Shown here: positions 49,446-62,327 of the stretch, in pieces
Layout: each line of letters begins with the position of its first letter
How positions within the stretch are numbered: the first letter of the stretch is position 1
From: Mustelus asterias
Taxonomy: Eukaryota
NCBI RefSeq assembly: GCF_964213995.1
Contig: NC_135819.1
Location: forward strand, 44,454,001-44,518,000
Direction of reading: 5' to 3'
DNA: 64,000 nucleotides
Notes under the pieces: model-generated
What the model saw: only the letters and a program-made list of their open reading frames with translations
What the model was told of the DNA's origin: nothing
Database searches by the model: none
Made by a program: the position numbers and the translations under genes

Positions 49446-51694
49446 CTATAAAGCAGAAAACATTTCAACCTGTGAAACTGCTCTGAGTCTCAGATTCTGC
49501 TGCATGTAGCTACGTACAGACATTGAAAAAATCAAATTGATTCCCTTCTTTGTTAGTTGATTTAAATAAAATTATTTTAGTTAAGAGGGGATACAACTAT
49601 TTAATAGCTCGTTCAGCCAGGAAGTTAATTATACATTATAGATTTATTGGAATTGTTACATAGAATGAAGTTCTGATAAATATTGGTTCGCAATGCACAG
49701 TGGAAACCTCTTACAATCAGCAAAAGCACAGACTTGAATTCTCCAGGCAGGCAGTGGCTCTGAATATTCTCAGGCCAATTATACTCAGTCTCACTTCCCA
49801 GGAACCTCCAGCTCTAACCAGGCCTGAGGATGCCGTGTCGGTCAAAGATCCTAATGCTCAAATATTGTTAACATTGATCATCTGTCAATTGCCATCAATT
49901 TTCTCATGTGCAAGGGGTATTCTATTGCCTACTAAATAGGGAGAGAGAGAGAGAGATAGAGGAATAAATCTGTGGGAGACTCACAGAGATGTAGGAGATC
50001 TATAGACTGGTAATGGTGGGGACTCCAACTACCCAAATATCAATTGGGATAAGGTTAGAGTAAGTAGTAAGGAAGGGGAGGAATTTCTGAAATGTGTTCA
50101 GGAGAACTTCCCTGATCAGCACATTCTCAACCCAACGAGAAAGGAGGCCATTGCCAGATGTGGTGCTGGGAAATGAGGTGGGCCAACTGGACCAAGTGTC
50201 TGTAGGGACATATTTCAGCAATAGTGATCATCATATCATAAGGTTTAGATTAGTGACGGAGATGAACAAGGAAAAATCTAAATACAGAATTCTAAATTGG
50301 AAGAGGTCTAATTTCTACACGATGAATTCTAACCAGGACATAATGGAACCAGAGCTTCCAGGAGAAGTTATAAGGGAACACGGGGTGACCTTTAAAGAAG
50401 AGATGCCTTTGGTACAGGCTTGGTACATTCCAACAACGGTGAAAGGTAAGGGAGCCAAAACAGGGCTCCCTGGATGAGAAGGGAAATAGAGATTGTGATG
50501 AAGCAAACATGTCACATGATACATGTCAGAAAAATTCATGTCAGTTGAGATGGGAGATGAAGAGGAAAAGAAGGGAGGCAAAGGGAGAGTATGGAAATAG
50601 AATGGCGGTCAACATAAAAAGAAACCCAAAACTGTTCTACCAGAATGTAATTACTCAGTGGCTAGTCAGAAATGTAGTTCGTCTTGTGTCTTGGGGACCA
50701 GTTAGCTCAGTTGTCTGGACAGATAGTTTGTGATGCAGAGCGGTGCCAACAGTGCAGCTCAGGTTATTCATGAAGGCCTGCTGTCTCAACCTTACCCCTC
50801 ACCTGAGGTGTGGAGGTCCTCAGGTTAAAATCACCACCAGGCAGTTCTCCCCCAAGGGGAGAGCAGCCTATGGTCATCTGGGACTATGGCGATTTTATGT
50901 CTAATAAGGTTCAAAGAGAATGATATCGACACTTTGAGGTGCAGGTGAAAGCCAGAATGCTCAATCAGTTATTTGTATTGGTGCTAATAAAGAAAGAGAA
51001 TCCTGACAAAATATTGGCAGAAACTGAGACAACGAAGACAATAGTTAGTGTAAGAATTGAGAGGGAGAAGGTTAAGGAAGGCTGCTATGGCTAAGGGTGA
51101 TGGTTTGGATGACTTGGATCCCAGGTTGCTAAAGAGAGTTGAAGGTTTGTTTTAATCTTAAACCTTCCTTAGATGGAGCTGGCTTAGGATTTGGAATCCA
51201 TAATCAGGGAAACATTCACAAACATTTGGAGAGGTTTGGGTTAGTTAAAGAAAGCCAGCGTGGAATTGTAAAAGGAAGATCTTGCCAGGCAAACTCATTG
51301 ATATTTTTTGCAAAAGTAGCAGAGGAGCTTGATGAAAGGAATATTGTGGATGTTGTCGATATAGATTTTAATCAAATGTTTTGCAAATTTTCACATAAAA
51401 GACTGATTAAAAAATTGAAGCCTATGGAATAGAAAGGTCAGTATCCAAACAGATAAAAAAAATTGGCTTAAGAACAGAAAGCAGCAAGCGGTGGTAGATG
51501 GTTCTCTTTTGGACTTGACAACAGTAGACAGTGGTGTTTGCCAGGTGTCAGTTCTGGGATCACTGTTTGTTTAACAATAAAGGAAAAATGAAAAGTTATA
51601 TTTGCTGCTGAGTCAGTGACAAACCACTCTGAGCGAGAAAACAATCACATTTGGAGAGAGACTGGGAGCAAGGTATAAAACTGTTGCTGCTTAC

Positions 51695-51754
51695 CAGGTA
51701 TGTATTTGGTGGTGGATGTGGTTGTCGTCACTATCTCAGGTTTTGGTGTCGTTT
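51695..51754 (-). CDS. PTS micro-exon E, copy 4
   Basis: As 23345-23404. Confidence 0.85.
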
Positions 51755-54193
51755 CTATAAAGCAGAAAACATTTCAACCTGTGAAACCGCTCTGAGTCTC
51801 AGATTCTGCTGCATGTCGCTACGCACAGAAGTTGCAAAAAATGAATCCATTCACTTTTCTCTTTACTTAACAAAATTATTTTAGCAAATAGGCAATATAA
51901 TTAATTAATAGCTCTTCAGCCAGGACATCAATTTTTCAAGGTAAGATTTGCTGGCGTTTGTCACATAGAATGGAGTTCCTGTCAATATTAGTTTTCAATG
52001 GACAGTGCAAACCTCTTAGAATAGACAGATGCACATCGACTTGAATTCTCCACATTAACAGCGGCTCTGACTGTTTCACTTCCCAGAGTCCTCCAGCTCG
52101 AAGCTGACCTGACAATGTAGTGTCAGTGGAAGGTCCTAACATTGAAATATTGTCCTGGCAACCTGCACCATCATATCCAGATTCATACATAATGCCGTTT
52201 CTATTCAACACAGAGCGTGAACTGCAGTCCCTGTCTCTCTTGCTAGACGATGACCATCTCCCCCAAGAGACAGAATCTACCCATAGTCCCCCAACAATCA
52301 ATGGCTTTACCATTGCTGAATTTCCCACTATCAACATCCTGGGTGTTACCATTGACCAGAAACTGAACTGGACTGGCCATATAAATACTGTGGCTAGCAG
52401 AGCAGGTCAGAGGCTAGGAATCCTTTTGTAAGTATCTCACTTTCTGACTCCCCAAAGCCTGTCTACCATCTACAACGGACAAGTCTGGAGAAAAATGAAA
52501 TACTCTCCACTTGTCTGGATGAGTGCACCTCCAAAACATTCAAGAAGCCTGGCACCATCCAGGACAAAGTTGTCCACTTGACTGCTACCCCTTCAACACA
52601 CATTTAATCCCTCTACCGCCGATGAACAGTGGCAGCAGTGTGTACCATCTCCAAGATGCACTGCATGAACCCACGAAGGTTCCTTAGGCAGCACCTTTCA
52701 AACCCATGTTTTCAGCCATCTAGAAGGACAAGGGCAACAGATATCTGGGAACACCATCACCTGGAGGTTCCCCTCCAAGTCACTCACCATCCTGACTTGC
52801 AAATATATCGTCGTTCCTTGTTGTTGTTGTTGGGTTGTTGTTGGGTCAAAATCCTGGAATTCCCTCTCTAACAGCACTGTGGGAGTACCAACACCTCAGG
52901 AACTACAGCAGTTCAAGAAGGTGGCTCATCACCACGTTCTCAAGGGCAAGTAAGGATGGGCAATTAATGCTGGCCAGCCAGTGACACCCACACCCCACAA
53001 ATGAATTTTTAAAAAATTCTTCATCCTCCTCATTCGAAATGGATTTAAGACAGCTACTCTATGTTTGATGACACTTCCAAATAGACTTGTGAGACAGTTT
53101 ATCATAGTTTAGTTACACAACATTGCCACAGTGGTCCATATAACATCAATCTAGCATGTAATTTGACTGCTTGACTCATTTAGCATCAGGTTGTTTCATC
53201 AGACTGGTAATTCACTCATCATCTCAAAGATCAAAGGGGGTGAAGAGGGTGATATTCTGCTATCTGCAAGAGGAGGAGTCACACTGCAGGAAAACTACAT
53301 TCCACAGACCAACCTACTGAGCACATACCACCAGACTCAGTTTTCTAGTGGGTATCAACAAAAAACCTGATAATATGGGCTGTATGGTGGCACAGTGGTT
53401 AGCAATTCTGCCTCACAGCTCCAGGGACCCGGGTTCGATTCCTGGCTTGGGTCACTATCTGTGTGGAGTTTGCACATTCTCCCCGTGTCTGGGTGGGTTT
53501 TCTCCGAGTGTTCTGGTTTCCTCCCACACTCCAAAGATGTGTGGGTTAGGTTGATTGACCATGCGGAATTGTTCCTTAGGTGTCAGGGGGACTATTAGGA
53601 TAAATACTTGGGGTTTTTGGGATAGGGCCTGGGTGGGATTCTTGTCGGTGCAGGCTTGATGGACCGAATGGCCTCCTTCTATGATTCTTCTATGAAATCC
53701 TGTAGCTGAGCTCAGAACAGCGTGAAATAGTCAGAGAGATGGAATGAGATGGATTGGCTGTGACTTGCAGTCCATTATATTGCTTTACAACATCAGTATT
53801 GACAAAGTGTGACAAACAGGTTGTTCATTGACAGCATGTTATATATATATATAAAAATAATTTAACATACTCTTCTCATTAGGAGCTGGGCACTCTACGG
53901 GATGGTAGTTAACGCTCATTGCAAAAAAGTGTGAACTTGGGAGCGAAAGTACTGATTTGCTTCCCATTTGGGCAAACATGATGTCAGGAAGACGATTTGC
54001 TAAACAACTTCCAATAAATTACAACTTAACTGTCTAGGATGCAATCACTTTCCAAGCAAACAATTAGAAAGGGAAATGTGTGTGTAAAAGTGAAAGCTGT
54101 ATGTTGTTACCCTTCAATGACAGGCCGCATGGAGCTAGTAAACAACCTATTGGAGACTAACTTAATGCAAGGTATGAAAGTGTTGTCCCTTAT

Positions 54194-54253
54194 TAGGTAC
54201 GTAGCTGGTGGTAGCTGTAATTGTAGCCCATGCCAGTGTTGGTAGCATTGTTT
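54194..54253 (-). pseudogene. Degenerate micro-exon F, copy 4
   Basis: As 11673-11732, ATA>GTA. Confidence 0.75.
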
Positions 54254-55597
54254 CTGTAGAACAGGAAAATCTTTCAACTTGTTACATTGCACACTGAAGC
54301 CCGTAGTATTCAGTTTAAAAACATATATTCTTGGTCATGTGCGGCAGAATAGCATTTGTAAAAACGAAATCTATTCACTTCTATCTTAATCTCTCAATAA
54401 GATTATTTTGGAGGAAAGGAAAGAGAACCATTCAAAGCGAACAGCCTTTGCCATCAGAGCATCATTTCCACAAATATAAAGGGTTGTGGGAATTGCTATG
54501 TCAATTGGACCATTAATGGAGTTCCTGCAACAATTAGTTTTCAATGGACAGTGGAAAGCTTGGGCAGATTTATATTGAACTAGCTATCCAAAAAAAAAAG
54601 AGTGGTTTTAAAACACTTGGACAACAATCCTGGCGCTGATACTGGAGCAACTCCTCCCAAGGCTCCAACATGATCTTAACAGAGTATACAGGGTCAATGG
54701 AAGGGTCTACCATTTAAGCATTTATGCTGTGGACCTGCACTACATTATTCAGTCACACGTCATGTTACTGCTACTATTCATTATGAATAGGGAGTAAACA
54801 GTTGATCATGTCGAGCTAGGCACCAGTCACTTTCTTGATGTGAGTGTGTCCGCAGTATATTAGTTATAATGCAAAAGAAATTTTAGTCCAAAAAGAGGAG
54901 ATGGTTCAGGTAAGAGTTAAATTGCATGTGAAACAATGCCGGACAAATAGTTGAAAATACACTAATCATCTTATTGCTATTCACTTCTCTAATTGATGTA
55001 TTAGCCCATGTATTTGATATGGACCAATGACTCGATTAAAATGACAGACATTGTCTTATGAATCAGTGCATCTTTTGGGCAGACTATTACTACAATAATT
55101 TCTAATTTGGATCTACTATTGCTTTATCAGCTTGATGCATTATCTGTGTCGGATGTAGGATTTTCACTCATATAGGGCAAGTTTGTTCAAAGTGTTTTTG
55201 TTCTAAAAGAGATGTGTATTTTATTTATTCATTCATGGGACATGGGCGTTGCTGGCTGGCCAGCATTTATTACCCATCCCTGACTGCCTGAGGACAATTG
55301 AGAGTCAACCACTTTGCTGTGGCTCTGGAGTCACATGTCAACCAGACCAGGTAAGGACGGCAGATGACCTTCCTTAAAGGACATGAATGAACCAGATGGA
55401 TTTTTACGACAGTCGACAATGGTTTCGTGGTCATCGGTAGATTCTTAATTCCAGATATTTTTTATTGAATCCAAATTTCACCATCTGCCTTGGCGGGATT
55501 CGAACCCTGGTCCCCAGAACATTCTAGCTGAGTTTCTGGATTGATAGTCTAGTGATAATAGGCCATCATCCCCTTTACACGCAAATATCATTTTTAC

Positions 55598-55957
55598 CAG
55601 GAGTGGTGGTTGTAGAGGTGGTTTCAGGCAGATAGGTTGTTGTCCGTTGTGTTGTGGTTTGTGGCTCACAGCAAACGCGGATTTGATAATCATAACAAAA
55701 CTTCCTGTCCAGCGAAGCACTTTCGCTGTAAACACAGACAAGTCCTGTGTCTTTGTCACAGGTCACATTGTCCGTCGATTCACTTATTGGCCTCTCCGGG
55801 TAATCAGCAAATTGACATTGGATTTTATTAATTGCATCAGAAGAGGAAGGGCACAGTTCATCGCGCATGGAATCCAATAACTCAGAATCGCCTGGGCTGT
55901 CCTCAGAAGGCGTCTGATCATTAATCCAAGGAGACCATTCACCGTTACATTGCTCCT
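55598..55957 (-). CDS. CysD (WxxW) exon, copy 5
   Basis: Same protein; donor gtaaaa instead of gtaaat. Confidence 0.9.
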
Positions 55958-56376
55958 CTGCAAAATAAGAAGTCTGGGCTTACTGAACCTGCCTTTAAAC
56001 AAGTTAATTAACAAGAAATACAAAGATTAAAATGGCACAGCAACCTCTCTCAATTTGACGCCATATTCTTTCAACGTCATACAGCATAGAAACAGGCCCT
56101 TCAGCCCATCATGTCTATGTCAACCATCAAATACCAATCAAAATCATCCCATTTACCAGTCCTTGGTCATTAGTCTACTGTGCATTCAAGATTTAAGTGC
56201 TTGTCCAGATGTTTCTTAAATGTTGCAAGGGTATCTGCCTCCATCACCCTCTCGGGCAGCGCATTCCATATTTCCATCGCCCTCTGGGTGAATCATCCCC
56301 CTCTAAACCACTTACTCCTCACCTTAAACCTATGCCCTCTGGTCTTAGACTCCTCTGCCATAACTAAAAGATTCTG

Positions 56377-56872
56377 GTCACCTCATTACAGGAAAGATGT
56401 TGAAGCCATTGAAAGGGTGCAGAGGAGATTTACAAGGATGTTGCCTGGATTGGGGGGCATGCCTTATGAGGATAGGTTGAGGGAGCTTGGTCTCTTCTCC
56501 CTGGAGAGACGAAGGATGAGAGGTGACCTGATAGAGGTTTACAAGATGTTGAGAGGTCTGGATAGGGTAGACTCTCAGAGGCTATTTCCAAGGGCTGAAA
56601 TGGTTGCTACGAGAGGACACAGGTTTAAGGTGCTGGGGGGTAGGTACAGAGGAGATGTCAGGGGTAAGTATTTCACTCAGAGGGTGGTGGGTGAGTGGAA
56701 TCGGCTGACGTCGGTGGTGGTGGAGGCAAACTCGTTGGGGTCTTTTAAGAGACTTCTGGATGAGTACATGGGATTTAATGGGATTGAGGGCTATAGATAG
56801 GCCTAGAGGTGGGGATGTGATCGGCGCAACTTGTGGGCCGAAGGGCCTGTTTGTGCTGTGCTGTGGCTTTCT
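56377..56872 (+). mobile_element. Copy-5-specific 496-bp 5'-truncated CR1 insertion
   Basis: Absent from copies 1-4 (attctg-aag-atctatcc); open frame WSPHYRKDVEAIERVQRRFTRMLPG...GIEGYR*, then 3' UTR ending tttcta. Confidence 0.95.
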
Positions 56873-58745
56873 ATCTATCCTTGCTATGCCTCTCATTATT
56901 TTATATACCTCTATCAGATCCCCCTTCAGTCTCCACTCCTCCAGGGAAAACAAACCCAGCCTATCCAGTCTCTCCTCATAGCTGAAACTTTCCATCCCTG
57001 GCAACATCCTGGTGAATCTCCACTGCAATCACGTTCTTCGACATTGTGACGTCCAGAACTGCACACAATATTCCATCTGTGGCCTAACCAATGTTTTATA
57101 AAGTTGTACCAACTCCTCCCTGCTCCGATAGTCTATGCGCCGGCTAATGAAGGCAAACATTCTGTATGCCTTCTTCACCATCTTATCTACCTGCGCTGCG
57201 ACCTTCAGCGTTCTATGAATTTGTACATCAAAGTCCCTTTGTTCCTCAATACTCCCTAGGGACCTACCATTCATTGTGTATATTCCACCCTTATTGGACC
57301 TCCCAAAATGCATCACCTCACACTTATCAGGATTAAATTCCATCTGCCATTGCTCTGCCCAATTTACCAGCTGATCTATATCAGTCTGTAGTCTTAGACT
57401 ATCCTCCTCGCTATCAACAACACCACCAATTTTCATGTCATCTGCAAACTTACTAATTATACCTATTACATTCCAATCCTGCACGGTGGCACAGTGGTTA
57501 GCACTGCTGCCTCACAGCGCCAGGGACCCAGGTTCAATTCCGGCCTTGGGTCATTGTCTGTGCAGAGTCTGCATGTTCTCCCCGTGTCTGCTTGGGTTTC
57601 CTCCGGGTGCTCCAGTTTCCTTCCACAGTCCGAAAGAGGTGCTGGTTAGGTGCCTTGGCCATGCTAAATTCTCCCTCAGTGTACCCGAACAGGCGCCGGA
57701 GTGTGGCGACTAGGGGATATCCACAGTAACTTTGTAGTGTTTATTAGTGTCACAAGTAAGCCTACTTGTGACACTAACAAATAAATTTTAATAAACTTTA
57801 TTCAAGTCATTAATGTATATAACAAACATCAAGGGTCCCAGCACTGATCCCTGTGGTACACCACTGGTCACAGGTTTCCAATCACAAAAGCAACCCTCCT
57901 CCATCACTTTTGGCTCCTATTAACAAGTTAATTTTGGATCCAATTGGCAACTAACCTTGGATCCCATGGGCTCCAACCTTTTGGACCAACCTTCCCTGTG
58001 GGACCTCACTGAAGTCCATGTAAACCATATCAACTGTGCTACTTTCCTGAACAGTTGCAGTCCATGTATCCATTCAGTCTCACATTGCAGTTAAGAAGAG
58101 TGGTTTTAGGATGTTGACCCCGTGATAGTGAAGGAATGGTGATATAGTTCCGAATTAGGGTGTGCAGTTGACATTCACTGGGAATAGTGCTTCAGATAAC
58201 TTATTACATTCCAGCTCCACAATTTCATCGCAATGATGCAAAGACGACCAATCCAGTACAACACTGTTCATCTAAGCACTAAGGTGCTTTCCATGTTCAT
58301 ATTCCTACTTCAGAAATCAATGGGTTAATTTTCATTTACGTGCGAGAGAGAGAGAAAGAGCGGGGAAATGAAATTCCAGGGAAGAATTTGAGAGTCTATT
58401 GAGAGAATTCTTTTCCTGGTTTGAAACAGAAACCACCCCGATATTTGATAACTGCAGAATTGCTATTTAATAGGAATGTATAATACAATGCCCCCACGTT
58501 GCTTGGGCTGCACATAGGATTTGTACCCTGTTCTGCTAAACATGATGCGAGGAACATAATTTCCTAAAATTGAACCAAAAATTTACAAAATAAGGAACAG
58601 CTTTGCAAACATTTTCAAAGCAAACCAATTTGAAGTAGAAAATTCAAAGCCACATTTATAAAATAATAAAACAGACCACATAAAGTTAGAATCGAATCCA
58701 TTCTGAAATAGACTTAGCACAAGATATAAAATCGCTGCCAATTAC

Positions 58746-58805
58746 CGGTTGTGGTGCTGCTGGTGGGCACGGTTGAAGTTGTTGTCACAATCGGCGTTGT
58801 AGTTT
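58746..58805 (-). CDS. PTS micro-exon A, copy 5
   Basis: As copy 4. Confidence 0.85.
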
Positions 58806-60192
58806 CTGCAGAGGAGAAAAATATTTCAACAGTGCACACTGAGGATTATAAACTTACCTTTCTATTGCATGTAGCTAAGCACAACATTTCTAAAAATTAC
58901 ACCTATTCAATTGTATACTCAGTACACTCAATAAACTTAGCGTGGAGAGAATAGAACTACTTAATAACCCACATTCATACACTAATTGCACAAGTGAACA
59001 GTTGATGGAATTGTCACATTGATTTGCTACAGTGCAGAAAGAGGCCATTCAGCCCATCGAGTCTGCGCCGACCACAATCCCACCCAGATCCTATTCCCAT
59101 AACCCGACATTTTTACCCTGCTAATCTCCTGGCACTAAGGGGCAATTGAGCATGGCCAATGCACCTAACCCGCACATCTTTGGACTGGAGGAGGAAACTG
59201 GAGCACCCAGAGGAAACCCACACACTATTTCAGACAAGCAGTCCTTGAACTTATGACACAACTTGTTCCTGAAAACTATGTCATGTCAAAACATCATAAG
59301 TGTGAACTGATTTTCACGTAGGTACACAATGATAAAAACAATCAACTGGTTCATGACCACATGTCAATGTTCATCCTTCAGGATTATTTGTGCATCCATG
59401 TATTGGTCTCAGGTAGTTGGAAACTTCTTGTCTGAAGCTATTTGTCAGCCAACAGGTCACTGCAGGAGATTTGACCACATGAATACACTCGCAGATGAGC
59501 CTCACATATTTACTGCGCTCTCACTGAAAGTGTCTGCCTAAACAAGACACACAAAACCAAGACAGACAGCACTGCCTCTCCCACTCTCCGTCCACCCATC
59601 GTCCTGTCCGTCTCTGGCCCCATGTCTCCGCACTGTGGGGTCACATTTTTCCAGGAAAATCGGACGGCGGTTTCACCGATTCCACAGACTTGTTCAGGTT
59701 CTGCGACTGAATAATATACAAGGCAGGTGGCATAGAGCATTGTATTGTCGAAGCCAGCATCGTAAAGCCGAAACAACATGCAGATTTATAAATATCCTAA
59801 GTGCCATTCATTTTAATTCGAACATCGAGGGATGCTTGTCGGGATATATTTGATAATATACACTTCTTGTTTGAAGCTTCGACACTGGGGACATATATCA
59901 GTTTATGCAAGTGGATGCACCCTGCAGGATTTTACCACAACTGGTACCAAATCCCTAACATACATCTTATTTCCACTAAACAATAAATTAGGAGCCCCAT
60001 CTCTTAAAAGCTGCGTAAACATTACCAGAAAACAAAAATAATACATTTTCAAACCAAATAATTAGAATGGAATATCTGTGGTAAAAAGGTGAAAGTTTTA
60101 TTTCATTACGTATTCAGTGACAGGCCACATGGAGTTAGAAAATAATCCATTTGTGGAAACCGTCTTGATGCAAGTTATTAAACGGCACTTAC

Positions 60193-60258
60193 CCACTTTG
60201 GGGGTGGGGGTGGTGGTGGATGCAGTTGAAGTCGTTGTTTCAATGAGTGATGTAGTTT
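60193..60258 (-). CDS. PTS micro-exon B, copy 5
   Basis: As 5078-5143. Confidence 0.85.
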
Positions 60259-60784
60259 CTACAGAAGTGAAAAATATTTCAAACCATTACACTGAGACTC
60301 ATCTGTACCAGATTTATATAGACTTACTTTTCTGCTGCAGGTAGATAAGCATAAAGTTCCTGAAGATTATAGCTATTCTCTTTATCTTAGCGTACCCAAT
60401 AAATGTACTTAGTGGAGACTGAATAGAACTATTTAATGAACCACATTCAATATTCTATTTAGTGTAAGAGTTTCCGGAATTGTTACACGGATTTGATTTC
60501 TGATTTGATTTATTCTTGTCACATGTATTAGCATACAGTGAAGAGTATTGTTTCTTCCGTGCTAGACAGACAAAGCATACCGTTCATAGAGTACATAGTA
60601 GAGAAGGAAAGGAGAGGGTGCTGAATGTAATGTTACAGTCATATGTAGAGTGTAGAAAAAGATCAGCTTAATGCAAGATAGGTCCATTCAAAAGTCTGAT
60701 GGCAGCAGGGAAGAAACATTCAAAAATAATTAATTTGTGGAGGTAGATTTGGTGCAATTTAATTCAAAAACTGCTGTCACTTAC

Positions 60785-60844
60785 CAGGCATGTAACTGGT
60801 GGTGGAGGTAGTTTTAATCATTGTCCACGTTAGTGGTACAGTTT
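60785..60844 (-). CDS. PTS micro-exon C, copy 5
   Basis: As 5670-5729. Confidence 0.7.
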
Positions 60845-62282
60845 CTATGTCGCAAGAAAAATATTGCTACACCACTCAGTGAGCCTTGCCTGTACCAGGT
60901 TTGAAAACATACTTTCCTGCTGCCCGCAGCCAAGCACCCAAATTTCAAACTTCTAGACACTTTGGTCGGGATTCTCTGATCTCATTCCCCCGCCCACCGC
61001 ACGCCCCCCGCCCGCCCACCCCCCACCGCTGTCAGCAAGAACAGACAATTTCTGTCGTATGGAGAACTGCTGAGGACGCTGGGTCTGTACTTGTTGGAGT
61101 TTAGAAGGATGAAGGGGCAATCCTATTGAAACTTACAGGATACTGCGTGGTTTGGATAGGATGGACGTGGAGAGGATGTTTCCACTAGTAGGAAAAACTA
61201 GAACCAGAGGGCACAACCTCAGGCTAAAGGGACGATCCTTTAAAGCAGAGAGGAGGAATTTCTTCAGCCAGAGAGTGGTGAACCTGTTGAACTCGTTGCC
61301 ACAGAAGGCTGTGGAGGTCATTGAGTGTCTTTAAGACAGAGATAGATAGGTTCTTGATTAATAAGGGGATCAAGGATTATGGGGAAAAGGCAGATGAATG
61401 GGGATGAGAAAACTATCAGCCATGATTGAATGGCGGAGCAGACTCAATGGGCCGAGTGGCCTAATTCTGCTCCTATGTCTTATGGTCTAATGGTGCTCAG
61501 CCGAAACTCCATTCACTGCAGCGAGACCGGAGAATCCCAGCCATGAGCAAAGTAGGAGAATTCTGGCCTTCATCTCAGTCTCGATCACAAAATTATTTCA
61601 TCAGTTAATCCACAAGGCAAAATAATTTGTCAAACCTAATTTGGTAGCCCATTCCACTTAGCGCTGGCCAAAGCTTTCTGGCCCTTCCCGCTGCGGAATC
61701 TTCTGGGATCCCACTAACGTCTACGGTACTTTGTGTGGCTTGCTTGTCCCGCTGTTGAGGAATCTGCCCGGTGGGAGGTTGCCATTGGCAGAACTGGAAG
61801 AACCTGCTGGCAGGAACGGCCAGAATCCCAGAATTCCTGTCTTTGTCCAATGTTCTGATTGCCCACTGGGTTGATTTGCTGGGCAGATCACACAAAGGCA
61901 TGAGAGGCACATGCAGAACTGGAGTGTACGTCATGGGCATGGCTGCCAACACTGGATGACAGCAGCAGTGGGTGCAGGGAGATGGTGGAGTAAGAAGGTA
62001 AAGAGAGCCCAGCTCTCTAGACGGACACACGAGGACGGCCTCAACCGGGATATTGGGTTCATGTCACACTATTTGTAACTCCCACAGTTGCGTGGACCTG
62101 CAGAGTTTCACTGGCTGTCTTGTCTGGAGACAATACATATCTTTTTAGCCTGTCTTGATGCTCTCTCCACTCCCATTGTTTTGTTTCTTAAAGACTTGAT
62201 TAGTTGTAAGTATTCGCATTCCAACCATTATTCATGTAAATTGAGTCTGTGTCTTTATAAGCTCTGTTTGTGAACAGAATTC

Positions 62283-62327
62283 CCACTCACCTGAAGAAGG
62301 GGCTTAGAGCTCCGAAAGCTTGTGTGG
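62283..62327 (+). ncRNA. Minimal hammerhead motif, copy 5 (loop II tgc>tag)
   Basis: ggggct(tag)agctcc; core and stems unchanged. Confidence 0.7.

Larger units (their letters stand above)
40462..54634. repeat. Tandem macro-repeat copy 4 (14173 bp)
   Basis: Anchor positions and repeated ORF set. Confidence 0.97.
964..60844 (-). other. Internal part of a multi-exon, gel-forming-mucin-like gene (MUC2/MUC5-type PTS + CysD repeat region); 5' and 3' ends outside the window
   Basis: Repeating 360-nt CysD/WxxW exons and 60/66-nt T/S/P-rich exons, all ag..gt bounded, phase 1-1, joining into a stop-free frame. Orthologue cannot be assigned without the VWD/CK ends. Confidence 0.85.

Noticed and set aside
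56180-56800. 206-aa ORF unique to copy 5 as a new gene
   Set aside because: Chance fusion of antisense old-CR1 sequence with the newly inserted CR1 frame; GTG start.
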